From a virus, in the IMG/VR virus record IMGVR_UViG_3300045612_000232: DNA of 45,876 nt. One strand, written 5' to 3'. Both the position numbers and the translations under genes were made by a program. Every line of letters begins with the position of its first letter. Positions within the stretch are counted from its first letter, which is position 1. Below the pieces are notes generated by a model, which did no database searches, was not told the origin of the DNA, and worked only from the letters and a program-made list of their open reading frames with translations. Below are positions 27,030-36,037 of this stretch, in pieces.

Positions 27030-28247
27030 TTAAATATCTTTTTTCCAAGCTGTTGTTTTGTCATAGCCCTGTTCTTGTGCAGGTGTCGAACCATTCCCTC
27101 CTGCTGGTGGGGTATTTTGGCTATCACCCGTAAAGAAACTATTAATTGGGTTTGACGGGGTTTGAGTGCCACTGGTTGCAACAAGCGCACGAAACACCAT
27201 GTCGACTTGCTCAGGTTTAGCATCACCAATTGCAACTTGTCCCAAGATAGCGCCAACGATTGCATCGCCAGCTTTGGCATTAATAGCCTCACGCTTAATT
27301 TGCTCACAAGAACACCCATCCGTTTTCACATTTGCATTGAGTTTTTTTGCATCTGAAATTACAGCTGCACGCTCATTTGCCAATGCTTCTAACTTTTCTG
27401 GTGTGACTTGATTAGCTTCAAGAGTTGTGACTTTTTCAGCATTGGTTTTTGCATCTGCTACGACTTTATCGATTACAGCTTGAACGGCAGTTAATTCAGA
27501 AATAGAAAACTCTTGATCTCCAATTTTCAGTTTTGAATTAACTGTCTGTTGTAACGAAGCCAAAAGATCCTGATCCTTTTTAAGTGCTGCGGCTAATGCA
27601 GAATTATCAGCCACGTCAAAAGGGATTCCATTTACAATGATTTGCATTGTTTTCTCCGTATTTGTTGGATTTGGTTTTTGATCGCCAATGCGGCAATCGC
27701 CACCACATCGACCATATTTGACTAAGGCAACATGATCGCCATAGAAGTTTTTGAATTCAGCTTGATACGGCGTACCGTCCGCAGCTGTTCCGCTGATAAG
27801 ATGAAGTTCTGCGCCATAGCCTAATGAGAGCTCTAAGCGTTCTTGGCTTTGGATCTGCTGAATCACATCACTATCTTTAATCAGCAAATCACCAATTAGA
27901 TAATCCCCATCACGGCGAACATTGAATAATGTCCCGATTGAATGGGTTTTCCATGTCGCTGCATTGATAGAATTACCCGGTGGATGATTGTCTGTGACAT
28001 CTACACCCTGATAGCTTTGGATTGTTTCAGGTCGAAATAGCTCATCAGCTGAACTAAAGACATTAATGACCTGATCAGGCGTATAGCCCTCTATCCCATT
28101 AAATTCGGCTGCGTAGTATTGGCGTACCTGTGGGGCCTTGCCTAATCTGGCATCTTTGCACAATAAAAAACCCTCTTGAGTGAGGGTTCTTGTTGATTGA
28201 GCAGGTGCAAAGTCACCTAACTTTAAGTGAAGTAAATAACGTTTCAT
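27030..28247 (-). CDS. DUF2213-type prohead scaffold/protease protein
   Basis: The N-terminal domain is followed by an Ala/Lys/Asp-rich helical C-terminal half, as expected for a scaffold. ATG at 28247 (MKRYLLHL) forms an ATGA overlap with the upstream small ORF. Confidence 0.6.
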   Translation of the reverse strand: MKRYLLHLKLGDFAPAQSTRTLTQEGFLLCKDARLGKAPQVRQYYAAEFNGIEGYTPDQVINVFSSADELFRPETIQSYQGVDVTDNHPPGNSINAATWKTHSIGTLFNVRRDGDYLIGDLLIKDSDVIQQIQSQERLELSLGYGAELHLISGTAADGTPYQAEFKNFYGDHVALVKYGRCGGDCRIGDQKPNPTNTEKTMQIIVNGIPFDVADNSALAAALKKDQDLLASLQQTVNSKLKIGDQEFSISELTAVQAVIDKVVADAKTNAEKVTTLEANQVTPEKLEALANERAAVISDAKKLNANVKTDGCSCEQIKREAINAKAGDAIVGAILGQVAIGDAKPEQVDMVFRALVATSGTQTPSNPINSFFTGDSQNTPPAGGNGSTPAQEQGYDKTTAWKKDI

Positions 28248-28459
28248 AAAGTAATACCAACTCCCATAATTAGAAATAGAGCTAACAGGCACATGAAAAT
28301 AATAAAAAATCCACCCTCTAAATTAGGTTCTTGGGTTTCTATTATCGATGGTGGTTTTGTCACAGCTATTGGCCTGTGTACATTGTTATTGATGCAAGGC
28401 ATATATCCCCCACACTTTCTGGTATAGCAACAATTTTTACAGTTACATAAATTACTCAT
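28244..28459 (-). CDS. Small Cys-rich membrane protein (71 aa)
   Basis: 'MSNLCNCKNCCYTRKCGGYMPC' at the N-terminus and a C-terminal TM segment 'GGFFIIFMCLLALFLIMGVGI'. Coupled at both ends: 8-nt overlap with the Mu-F gene and ATGA overlap with the scaffold gene. Confidence 0.5.
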   Translation of the reverse strand: MSNLCNCKNCCYTRKCGGYMPCINNNVHRPIAVTKPPSIIETQEPNLEGGFFIIFMCLLALFLIMGVGITL

Positions 28460-29351
28460 GTTTCTTATCCGTTCTATTTTGTTCTGCCATTGCCTGTTCG
28501 GGCGACTTTGCATTCTTATCAAATAAATGTGCAGTATAAGGTATTGGTACACAACGGCATCGGATTGGAATACCAGGATGCCCATCTGATGGAGGATCAT
28601 TCCAAGCGAATATCAAACCATCACGCAAACGGTGCGAATGTCTTACTCTCTCATCACGACTTGTTGACCATGTATAGTGTGTAATACCTAGCTTTTGTTG
28701 ACGAATCTGAGCAAGTCGTCCGTTGATTTTTCCAAGTTGATCAATAGCAATTAACTTAGCGCGTGAATCAGTTGAAAATCCAATCTCTAAAATAGATTTT
28801 TTAATCTCTTCTGATCGCTTGCCCGTTTGAATTCCATCTAATACGGCGGCTTCGACTTTATCTAAGTATTGCTTTGGAATTGACTGGATTAGAGACACGT
28901 TTGCAGCTATTGCACTATCAACCGCATCTTGCAGATCCTCATCACGCATCAAGCCAGTAAAATCCAACCCTGTAGACTTGTAAAGCATCTCTCCAATTTG
29001 CTTATCACTTGCTTTCTTCTGCTTCAAAACGATTTGTGTCGCAAGTTGAGCTGCTATCAGATCAATACTATTCGTGATTTTCTGTTTTAGATTTCCCAGT
29101 GCATTTTTAACACTTGAAAATATACCATCACCAATATTAATCCCAATCGAATCCCCCATGTTAAATGCCAACATAGGTTCAATATCATCTTTGACACCCT
29201 TTTGACATAGATGGCTTATCGACAAAAGTGCTTTGTAATATTCAACTTCAGTTTTTTTGGATATAAAAATTGGTTGTGGTTTAGCTTTTCTTCCTTTCTT
29301 GGCTTTATGAGCTTGCTGAATTAGCGGTTTAAGGTTGTTGAGTATCGTCAT
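28452..29351 (-). CDS. Head morphogenesis protein, Mu F / SPP1 gp7 family
   Basis: 'YTWSTSRDERVRHSHRLRDGLIFAWNDPP...HPGIPIRCRC' is the Phage_Mu_F signature. Confidence 0.85.
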   Translation of the reverse strand: MTILNNLKPLIQQAHKAKKGRKAKPQPIFISKKTEVEYYKALLSISHLCQKGVKDDIEPMLAFNMGDSIGINIGDGIFSSVKNALGNLKQKITNSIDLIAAQLATQIVLKQKKASDKQIGEMLYKSTGLDFTGLMRDEDLQDAVDSAIAANVSLIQSIPKQYLDKVEAAVLDGIQTGKRSEEIKKSILEIGFSTDSRAKLIAIDQLGKINGRLAQIRQQKLGITHYTWSTSRDERVRHSHRLRDGLIFAWNDPPSDGHPGIPIRCRCVPIPYTAHLFDKNAKSPEQAMAEQNRTDKKHE

Positions 29352-30630
29352 CTATTTGCCCCGCCAAATCTTCGAGCGCTTGGATATGAGCATCATCTAA
29401 AAAGTCGTAAGTACCATCTTGCTGAAGCTGCTTTGCAATCATTGCCTCAGTGATGATTCCTTTTTCTAAATATTTGATGTCACGTTCAGTATTGTTTTTT
29501 TCTACTTCTGACCTAGTTTTAATATCTAGCTGCCATAGTGGGTAGAACACAAAATTAAAGCCTGTTGGTATTGCTCCAAACAGGCTTTTAAATATCACGG
29601 GGAAAATCCGTTCTAGTATGGGTCGTAATGTCCAGTTCTGCTCTGTGTTGATTCGATCATAGTAACTTCGCAAATCGAACTCACCACTATTGTTTAAGCC
29701 AGATGTGGTTTGACCAAATAGCAACGTATAAGGCATATCAGCAGCACCTGCAGTTTGTTGGCCAAACTCTCGCATAAGCTCAGGCAAACCGCCAAATGTG
29801 TAAGACTTGGACTCATACTCTTCATCTTTATCAATGACAAGCATCCCATTGATACTTTTAAGCAGAGCTGCTGCCCCAAATCGCTCCATCATGTCTTTAG
29901 TACGATCAATGATTTTCATCATTAGATCTGGTGTACGAATCACATCTATCTTTGCTTCGTGTACTAGACTTGCTGCACCCGCATTAGTTGCGATGTAATT
30001 GCGCAATGTGTAATAGATGGCCAACAACAGTGACTCGCCCTCATCGCCGTGTTTCACACACATGATTCGAGAATGATGAATTTTGCTTTGAGTACCATTG
30101 CCATTACTAATTTGGTAATACATTGGTTGTTCTGGTTCACCAGCACTCAGTTCTAAAGGTACATATTCCTGATTTAAAGCCTGTACTTTGGATTTCTTTA
30201 GAACTGTGAAAAATTGAAGCCCACCTTGTCGTAACTTTTCAATCTCAAAAGGCTGATCCAATGGCAGACCATCTGCCAATCCAAATACCAAATACGCTCG
30301 ACCATATAAACGAGACCAAATCAGAAGCTTCGCCAATCGCTCGACTAAACGCAGGCGCTTAATTTCATCACTGATCTTGAGTATTTGCCCATCCTCCAAA
30401 CCATTGAAGTACCAACCAGCCCGAAGCATATCCAACACGGGACGATTAACGATTTTCTTGGCAAGCCAGTCTTGATAAACCGCTTCGAAATCATAATCAG
30501 TAAGATTGGTTTCTTTCGCAAAATGGCCATGTGATGACTTATCGCGGCTTGTATTGAGATTCGATACAAAGTTGACATAAGCACCATCATTCACAATGAC
30601 TGGCGCTTGTGTTTGATTGCGCTCTTCCAA
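29329..30630 (-). CDS. Portal protein (DUF1073-type)
   Basis: 433 aa, immediately downstream of terL. N-terminal 'FVSNLNTSRDKSSHGHF' fits this family. Confidence 0.8.
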   Translation of the reverse strand: MEERNQTQAPVIVNDGAYVNFVSNLNTSRDKSSHGHFAKETNLTDYDFEAVYQDWLAKKIVNRPVLDMLRAGWYFNGLEDGQILKISDEIKRLRLVERLAKLLIWSRLYGRAYLVFGLADGLPLDQPFEIEKLRQGGLQFFTVLKKSKVQALNQEYVPLELSAGEPEQPMYYQISNGNGTQSKIHHSRIMCVKHGDEGESLLLAIYYTLRNYIATNAGAASLVHEAKIDVIRTPDLMMKIIDRTKDMMERFGAAALLKSINGMLVIDKDEEYESKSYTFGGLPELMREFGQQTAGAADMPYTLLFGQTTSGLNNSGEFDLRSYYDRINTEQNWTLRPILERIFPVIFKSLFGAIPTGFNFVFYPLWQLDIKTRSEVEKNNTERDIKYLEKGIITEAMIAKQLQQDGTYDFLDDAHIQALEDLAGQIDDDTQQP

Positions 30631-30640
30631 GATATTCTCC

Positions 30641-32167
30641 TTAATCTAAAAGGTCGTAAGGATTCACAACCATATTTTCGATCGCATCAATTGTTGGGTC
30701 CCATTGGTCATCGTGGTCATGTGTCATGTCCGCTGTTAGACCTTCTATTTCTTCGATGTAATTTAATAACCACGGCGCTTTAGCGGGTAACATCACCAAT
30801 CCATCTTCCACATAGAAAACAACGTCCATAGTCCTAACGAGTTTGTCTGTATCTCGTTGGATTGCTCTAATCGGGATAGTTGTTTCTCTTGAAATGGTTT
30901 GAATTAAAGTTGTACCACTGGCTTTATCCTCAACTGCCATATAGCGTAGATTCCCGATTTTGGTATCACCCGCTTTATGTTTATTGATGAACTTCTTACC
31001 TTCTTTTATAAGCTCTGGTGCTTCCCACTTCCCGCGATGCACATCGATGATATAAAGCTTATTGTCGTAACCTAGACCAGCACATAAGAAAACTGAGAAA
31101 TCGTTATGCTCTTTAATTTTCTGTGCTGTATCTGCAAATATCGCTCGCCATTTAAGGAGTGGTAATTCCAAGTAACGTCCGAACCATTCAGACTTAACTA
31201 GATCACCGCCAAGCTTTTTAGGGTTCTGCATGTACTGGCTTGCAAATGTATATCGAGATACTGTTGCACCATCTTTATCTTCACCGCCTTTCTCAAGCTG
31301 CAGTAATGATTCTAGTGATTCTTTAAGCGGCCAATAACTTTGGCGTCCGTGTTGATCTCGTTCTACATCACGAGGAACTTTACAACGGATATGCTCAGGC
31401 AATTGATCAATATAATCATCGTCAATCAAAGCAGGAATGCTGATCTGTTCCCATTCCCCAGGTACATTGCCTGTCATCACAAAATTAGTTGGATCCTCAA
31501 CGTGTAAGCGCTGCATGATCAAAATAATTGGTGTGTCTGACTTCGCCTTACGAGAGTTGACCGTGTTCAGGATCTTACGATTGGCCTTCTTACGAGCCGA
31601 TTTACTAAAAGCATCTTCAGGCTTTAATGGGTCATCAAGAATGATGGCACCTGTAAACCCGTCATTTGCCAACGTGCCTGCACGGCGGCCAGTGACCTGC
31701 CCACCCATCGAAGCTGAATAAACATGCCCAGCATCGTAACCATCAACGGTAGTTTTCCAACTCGACTTAGCATCTGTACTGGTTGATATTTTGACTGGCC
31801 ATAAACTTTGGAAATCTACAGATTTGACAATGTTTCGCGCCGTGGCAGATACGTCCTCAACCAATGACTGTGAAAACGACAAATATAAAAACCGTGATCG
31901 AGCATTTCTAGCTAAACCACGGGCAATTAGATTAGTCAGTAATTCAGTTTTACCTGATCCAGGTGGAACGTTAATGACAAGGTTTTTAACTTTTCCTGAT
32001 ATGACCTGATCAATCTTGTCTGCAATATATTCATGATGCCAATTGACTGAAAATTTAAAGCCCATTCGCGGCAAGAAAAAACGCCGTGTAAAGAATAAAT
32101 GTTCTTTCTCACAGCGTTCTCGTTCTAATTGCATTTCAAGCAGACTAGTATTTACTTTCGAGTTCAT
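30641..32167 (-). CDS. terL: Terminase large subunit
   Basis: Walker A 'VPPGSGKTE', Walker B 'AIILDDPLK', and a C-terminal nuclease region with acidic motifs. Confidence 0.9.
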   Translation of the reverse strand: MNSKVNTSLLEMQLERERCEKEHLFFTRRFFLPRMGFKFSVNWHHEYIADKIDQVISGKVKNLVINVPPGSGKTELLTNLIARGLARNARSRFLYLSFSQSLVEDVSATARNIVKSVDFQSLWPVKISTSTDAKSSWKTTVDGYDAGHVYSASMGGQVTGRRAGTLANDGFTGAIILDDPLKPEDAFSKSARKKANRKILNTVNSRKAKSDTPIILIMQRLHVEDPTNFVMTGNVPGEWEQISIPALIDDDYIDQLPEHIRCKVPRDVERDQHGRQSYWPLKESLESLLQLEKGGEDKDGATVSRYTFASQYMQNPKKLGGDLVKSEWFGRYLELPLLKWRAIFADTAQKIKEHNDFSVFLCAGLGYDNKLYIIDVHRGKWEAPELIKEGKKFINKHKAGDTKIGNLRYMAVEDKASGTTLIQTISRETTIPIRAIQRDTDKLVRTMDVVFYVEDGLVMLPAKAPWLLNYIEEIEGLTADMTHDHDDQWDPTIDAIENMVVNPYDLLD

Positions 32168-32621
32168 CCATTGCCTGCCTTATCTGTTCAGGCGTAGCTA
32201 CAACATGAGTAACTTGCTCAGGGTTTAAAGGCTGGCCATCTGCACCAGTAAACTCAGTCTTATTGGTATATTTTCCGCCCATATCCTCTGCAGCTTGTTT
32301 GAGAATACTTAGCGCTGCCACACGATTTTTACTATGCTTTTGATATTGGCTTTCATATCGCTGTAGACGCACTGCTAAATTCGCAATTGGAATTGCCTCA
32401 GGCTTACCCAAAAACATTTCACGAGTTTTTTCAAAATCAATTCTCAACTCTTCACTAAGGTTCTCGCCTGATCGCTTTGTTGGGTCGTATTTTTCACACT
32501 GCTGCTTAGTAACTTTCACCCCATATTCTTGGTGGACAAGTTCCACTGTTTCTGATGGTGTGTTAAAGATAGCAAGCGACCGAACTATATAGAGTTTTAT
32601 CTCTTTTTTTAGAGCTGCCAT
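32145..32621 (-). CDS. terS: Putative terminase small subunit (DUF2280-type)
   Basis: 'IVRSLAIFNTPSETVELVHQEYGVKVTKQQCEKYDPTKRSG' matches the DUF2280 pattern as I recall it. Overlaps the terL start. Confidence 0.6.
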   Translation of the reverse strand: MAALKKEIKLYIVRSLAIFNTPSETVELVHQEYGVKVTKQQCEKYDPTKRSGENLSEELRIDFEKTREMFLGKPEAIPIANLAVRLQRYESQYQKHSKNRVAALSILKQAAEDMGGKYTNKTEFTGADGQPLNPEQVTHVVATPEQIRQAMDELESKY

Positions 32622-32632
32622 AAACTACCATC

Positions 32633-32652
32633 CGTCCACCTACGTCCACCTA
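32633..32652. repeat. Perfect tandem 10-bp repeat CGTCCACCTA x2, just upstream of terS
   Basis: Direct reading. On the minus strand it reads TAGGTGGACG TAGGTGGACG, between the T8 terminator and the terS ATG. Confidence 0.9.
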
Positions 32653-32659
32653 AATAGGC

Positions 32660-32683
32660 AAAAAAAATGAGCCCATCGGCTCA
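32660..32683 (-). terminator. Strong intrinsic terminator upstream of terS
   Basis: Minus strand reads tgagcc-gatg-ggctca followed by tttttttt. The hairpin includes the stop codon of the upstream gene. Confidence 0.75.
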
Positions 32684-33322
32684 ACTTATAACGCATGTCC
32701 CGCAACATCGGGTGATGCTTAGATCAGATACAAACGGCGCTTGCTTCGCCACTTCTACGAGTCGCTTAACGTTTTCACTTGCTCCATGTCGTTTGACTAC
32801 GCCTATGAATTCTTCTACATCGTGACCAGCTAAGAAATGCTTAGGCAGTCCAGTATTATCACTATAGATAATCTCACCATCAGCATCACGCTCCACACCG
32901 ATGTGATAAAGCTCATGCTCGATCAAAGCGCAAAACTCACGATCTGAAGTTTGTTCGCAAAAACTTGCATCGATGGTAATCAAGTAAACAGGTACAAAAC
33001 CAAACCAGTCTCGCATTTGTTGTTCTTGTCGAGCTTTACGCCATCCACCAACGTTAAACATGACTTTTTCACACTGCCCAAGCACCATTTGCTTTTTGAC
33101 CGTACAAGCTTGTGATGCCCAAGCAAATGCTAAAAACTCATCATTGTCGTGCAGCAGCTCAGCGATATGGTCATGATCAGGATTGTATAACTCAGCATCT
33201 ACAGTGAGATAATTAGCAACCACCCACTCTTTTAAATCAGGTGCAGGCGCTATTCGAATCGCTTCCTCTTCCTCTGCTAGATCTATAAGTTCAGTTGGTG
33301 GAAATGGTCTTATTTGGCTCAT
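32681..33322 (-). CDS. Putative phage metallopeptidase (HExxH)
   Basis: 'ALIEHELYHIG' is an HExxH motif in a 213-aa protein located before the terminase genes. Confidence 0.55.
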   Translation of the reverse strand: MSQIRPFPPTELIDLAEEEEAIRIAPAPDLKEWVVANYLTVDAELYNPDHDHIAELLHDNDEFLAFAWASQACTVKKQMVLGQCEKVMFNVGGWRKARQEQQMRDWFGFVPVYLITIDASFCEQTSDREFCALIEHELYHIGVERDADGEIIYSDNTGLPKHFLAGHDVEEFIGVVKRHGASENVKRLVEVAKQAPFVSDLSITRCCGTCVIS

Positions 33323-33752
33323 TAAATATATGCCTCTTTAAATTTTTAAGCCATTGATGCGCAAAGCCTGCTTGTATCTGTAATGGACCAGAATCATTAA
33401 TTTTAAATCTAGCTGATGATTCCAAACGAACAATGGTAAATCCCATCTTATATGCCGTGTCCTCACGATCAGCATCATGAGAAATTCGTTTTCTTTTTCT
33501 GCCTGCCGACCAAGGTCCACCAGAAATTTCAACTAGAATTCGATATTCAATTAAATGAAAGTCAAAGCGCCAATGCTTAGTTGATTCAAACTGAAATAGT
33601 TTTTCGTACTTAATATCCAAAATCTGTAAGGCACGTTCAATATCCTCAAAAGCTTCTAAGTATTTTTCATTCGCTTTCGGCAATGGTTTATTTCGTGGCT
33701 TTGCTTTGGGTTGACGTTTTCTCGTGAGTTGTAGATATTTATCGGCTTCCAT
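33291..33752 (-). CDS. Putative restriction-endonuclease-fold (Vsr/DUF559-like) nuclease
   Basis: 'WRFDFHLIEYRILVEISGGPW...DREDTAYKMGFTIVRL' resembles the D...(V/I)E(I/V)DG...D..K...G..V(L/I)R pattern. GAGGGT RBS. Confidence 0.4.
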   Translation of the reverse strand: MEADKYLQLTRKRQPKAKPRNKPLPKANEKYLEAFEDIERALQILDIKYEKLFQFESTKHWRFDFHLIEYRILVEISGGPWSAGRKRKRISHDADREDTAYKMGFTIVRLESSARFKINDSGPLQIQAGFAHQWLKNLKRHIFNEPNKTISTN

Positions 33753-33928
33753 TCAAATACCCTCACATCACGGCGACCTTTAAGCCACTTTAATTTTTCT
33801 ATGGCCAAAAAAAATCGCTCATCTTGTTGAGCGATCTGTTCATCCGTTAAACCTTTCGTTGTGCAGCTTCCCAAATGCTTTAATTCTTGTTCAGTATCAC
33901 GTATCTCATTATCAATGTTTTGATGCAT
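33656..33928 (-). CDS. Hypothetical 90-aa protein
   Basis: GGAGG RBS before the ATG at 33928. Its 3' end overlaps the next gene by 97 nt, so its extent is uncertain. Confidence 0.4.
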   Translation of the reverse strand: MHQNIDNEIRDTEQELKHLGSCTTKGLTDEQIAQQDERFFLAIEKLKWLKGRRDVRVFEWKPINIYNSRENVNPKQSHEINHCRKRMKNT

Positions 33929-33940
33929 AAGGCCTCCAAA

Positions 33941-33966
33941 CAAGAAAAGCCACCGCTAAGGTGGCT
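33941..33966 (-). terminator. Intrinsic terminator after the 255-aa moron
   Basis: Minus strand reads agccacc-ttagc-ggtggct followed by tttcttgttt. Confidence 0.65.
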
Positions 33967-33992
33967 TGTTTTAACTATTAAAGTGTAAATTT

Positions 33993-34760
33993 CTAATGCT
34001 TAATATTTTTAATCATTTGGTTAAGAATAAAATCCTGTTTAATATCATTTTTGATGCCAATCTCTTGTCTCAATAAATACATAACTGAAAGGGCTTTATC
34101 GGTTATCTGTTCATTGATCTCATTTTGTTCATCATGAAGTTCTTTCATTTTTAATTTGTATTCATTTTCAACTTTGGATAACTGTTCAACAATTTTTTTA
34201 GTTTCAGAAATCTTTTCGTTAAGTAAATTTAAAATATTTTGAATCCTTTGATCTTGTGGATTATCAATTTTAATATCCGTAATTTTTAATCTAATATCTG
34301 TAAACTCTTTAAGTACATTTTGGTGCTTTTCATTTTCTAACATTAATTCTTCAAATTTTTGTAAAAAATTGAATAGCTTATCAGAGAAAATAGACATTGC
34401 TGGTAGGAAAAAACTTAGAAACTGAACTATTTCTTTTTTAGTACTTGTTTCACATACAAACATTGCCTTATCTAAGGATGTTGAAAAAGCTGTTATAGCA
34501 TCTGTATATTTTTGCTGAGCTTCATTTGGGTGAAGAATTAAAATCGATAAAACAGCAGTTAAAGTACTATATGTTTCTATAAGTTGAGAGTAAACCTCCC
34601 TTCGTGTTTCTGCAATCTTATCTTTCTTTTGTAAATGAAGCCCCGTAAACCATGATGCAACAACACCTAAACCCAATCCAATTGCAGCGATAATTGCAGC
34701 CATAAAAGTGGAATTAGCTTGAATCTTAGCAGCCTCAATTACAGCCTCAATTTCAGTCAC
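33993..34760 (-). CDS. Membrane-anchored coiled-coil protein (255 aa), AT-rich moron
   Basis: N-terminal TM segment 'FMAAIIAAIGLGLGVVASWF', followed by long Lys/Glu/Asn/Ile-rich heptad-like sequence. GTG start at 34760, with an alternative ATG at codon 20. Confidence 0.65.
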   Translation of the reverse strand: MTEIEAVIEAAKIQANSTFMAAIIAAIGLGLGVVASWFTGLHLQKKDKIAETRREVYSQLIETYSTLTAVLSILILHPNEAQQKYTDAITAFSTSLDKAMFVCETSTKKEIVQFLSFFLPAMSIFSDKLFNFLQKFEELMLENEKHQNVLKEFTDIRLKITDIKIDNPQDQRIQNILNLLNEKISETKKIVEQLSKVENEYKLKMKELHDEQNEINEQITDKALSVMYLLRQEIGIKNDIKQDFILNQMIKNIKH

Positions 34761-34878
34761 TTTTTATTATCCATTTAAAGTTAAAGCCCGCATTTAGCGA
34801 GCTTTCAAATTCTTTCAGGGCGACCAATTCATAAAGCGCCCATTTTAGAAATACTTATACTGAACCGTTCTGTTTATG

Positions 34879-35613
34879 TCAAGCTAGTAAAATTGCTTCT
34901 GGTTCAAAATGAAAAGATCGTGCTAAACAATTTCTAATGCTATTTTCCCAATTCTCAATACAGCCTTCTGCCACTAACTCATATGATTCATACCGTTCAG
35001 AGTAACCAGACTTAGAAACCTTTAAATTCGCGATAGTGATCTTTTCATGCAATGTATAAGGGCGTTTTCCAGTTCCTTTACACTTTTCACAAAATTTAGA
35101 ATTATTTGGATGACCCTTTTCGTTATAAAGCTCAAGCTTACCTATACCTTGGCAATGACTACACATCGCTTTAGTGAATAAACGTCCACGTAAAACCACC
35201 TCTGCAATTCCTTTGGCAATATTGGTTATATCACCTTGAGAATTGTTAGGCTTGAAATTCTTTTTGATCATTTCTTTATGGATCTTACCTGCTAAAACAT
35301 TTCGAACTCGGAAAAAATCTGCAGAATTAATTTCACCTTTTTTAAATTCAACTTTCCCAGGTATATCTTCAATTCGTTTTTTTAATTCCTTCCCGTTAAT
35401 AATATTTGTTTCATAGATTTTCTTTGCATCAGTGACAACTGCGATCCTTTCGAAGTCCACACGCTCCAAAAGCAGCTCAGCCCATTTCTTAGCATGAACT
35501 GGCATCAAAGCTATTTCACCCAACACCACATCTTTTGTCATTTTCCCTTTACCGTTACTCTGAGCTATAGCGAGTCGCAACAATTCTAAAAAATCAAACT
35601 TTTCAATTAACAT
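34879..35613 (-). CDS. Putative late-gene antiterminator (Q-like) with two CxxCxGxG zinc knuckles
   Basis: 'CSHCQGIGK...(17)...CEKCKGTGK'. Last gene of the early-right operon, directly upstream of the late region, which contains several terminators. ATG at 35613 has an AGGAAG RBS. Confidence 0.45.
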   Translation of the reverse strand: MLIEKFDFLELLRLAIAQSNGKGKMTKDVVLGEIALMPVHAKKWAELLLERVDFERIAVVTDAKKIYETNIINGKELKKRIEDIPGKVEFKKGEINSADFFRVRNVLAGKIHKEMIKKNFKPNNSQGDITNIAKGIAEVVLRGRLFTKAMCSHCQGIGKLELYNEKGHPNNSKFCEKCKGTGKRPYTLHEKITIANLKVSKSGYSERYESYELVAEGCIENWENSIRNCLARSFHFEPEAILLA

Positions 35614-35623
35614 TTCTATCTTC

Positions 35624-36037
35624 CTATACTTCTGTGATGCTGATCCCAAGAACTGTGCTCATGAGATGTTTCTTGGTGCGATAGCTCGCTAACTTTCTCG
35701 TTGCAGCTGACTTCACATCTTCTACGATGTACTCACCTCGGGTGTTGTAGTAAGTGAAATCTGCAAAATAACGTAATGCAGGTTTTGCCCTTTTCTCTCC
35801 CTCAAGTTTGGTTTTGGGTGCGAGTTCAAATTTAGTGTGATGTTCCAAACCGAAGATCTCTCCCCTTTGCTGCATTGCTTTAAGCTCGATATACCGCTTG
35901 TGTTCTTTCTTACTGTCAAATGTCATTCCATCTAGTCCAATCTTCTGCGCATTGAACTTATTGCGTTTAGCTGTCTTAGTCTTATCTGACTGCTTTAAGA
36001 TTTCACGGCGATATTTTTCGACGCTCATTGATGTCAT
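35624..36037 (-). CDS. DUF1064 protein (putative Holliday-junction-resolvase-like nuclease)
   Basis: 'KFNAQKIGLDGMTFDSKKEHKRYIELKAMQQRGEI' and 'YFADFTYYNTRGEYIVEDVK' fit the DUF1064 pattern. Confidence 0.75.
   Translation of the reverse strand: MTSMSVEKYRREILKQSDKTKTAKRNKFNAQKIGLDGMTFDSKKEHKRYIELKAMQQRGEIFGLEHHTKFELAPKTKLEGEKRAKPALRYFADFTYYNTRGEYIVEDVKSAATRKLASYRTKKHLMSTVLGISITEV

Noticed and set aside
27008-27411. ORFs 27008-27319 (-), 27162-27356 (+) and 27166-27411 (+) inside the scaffold gene
   Set aside because: These are alternative or antisense frames of an Ala/Lys/Asp-rich region that naturally lacks stops. They have no independent start context.
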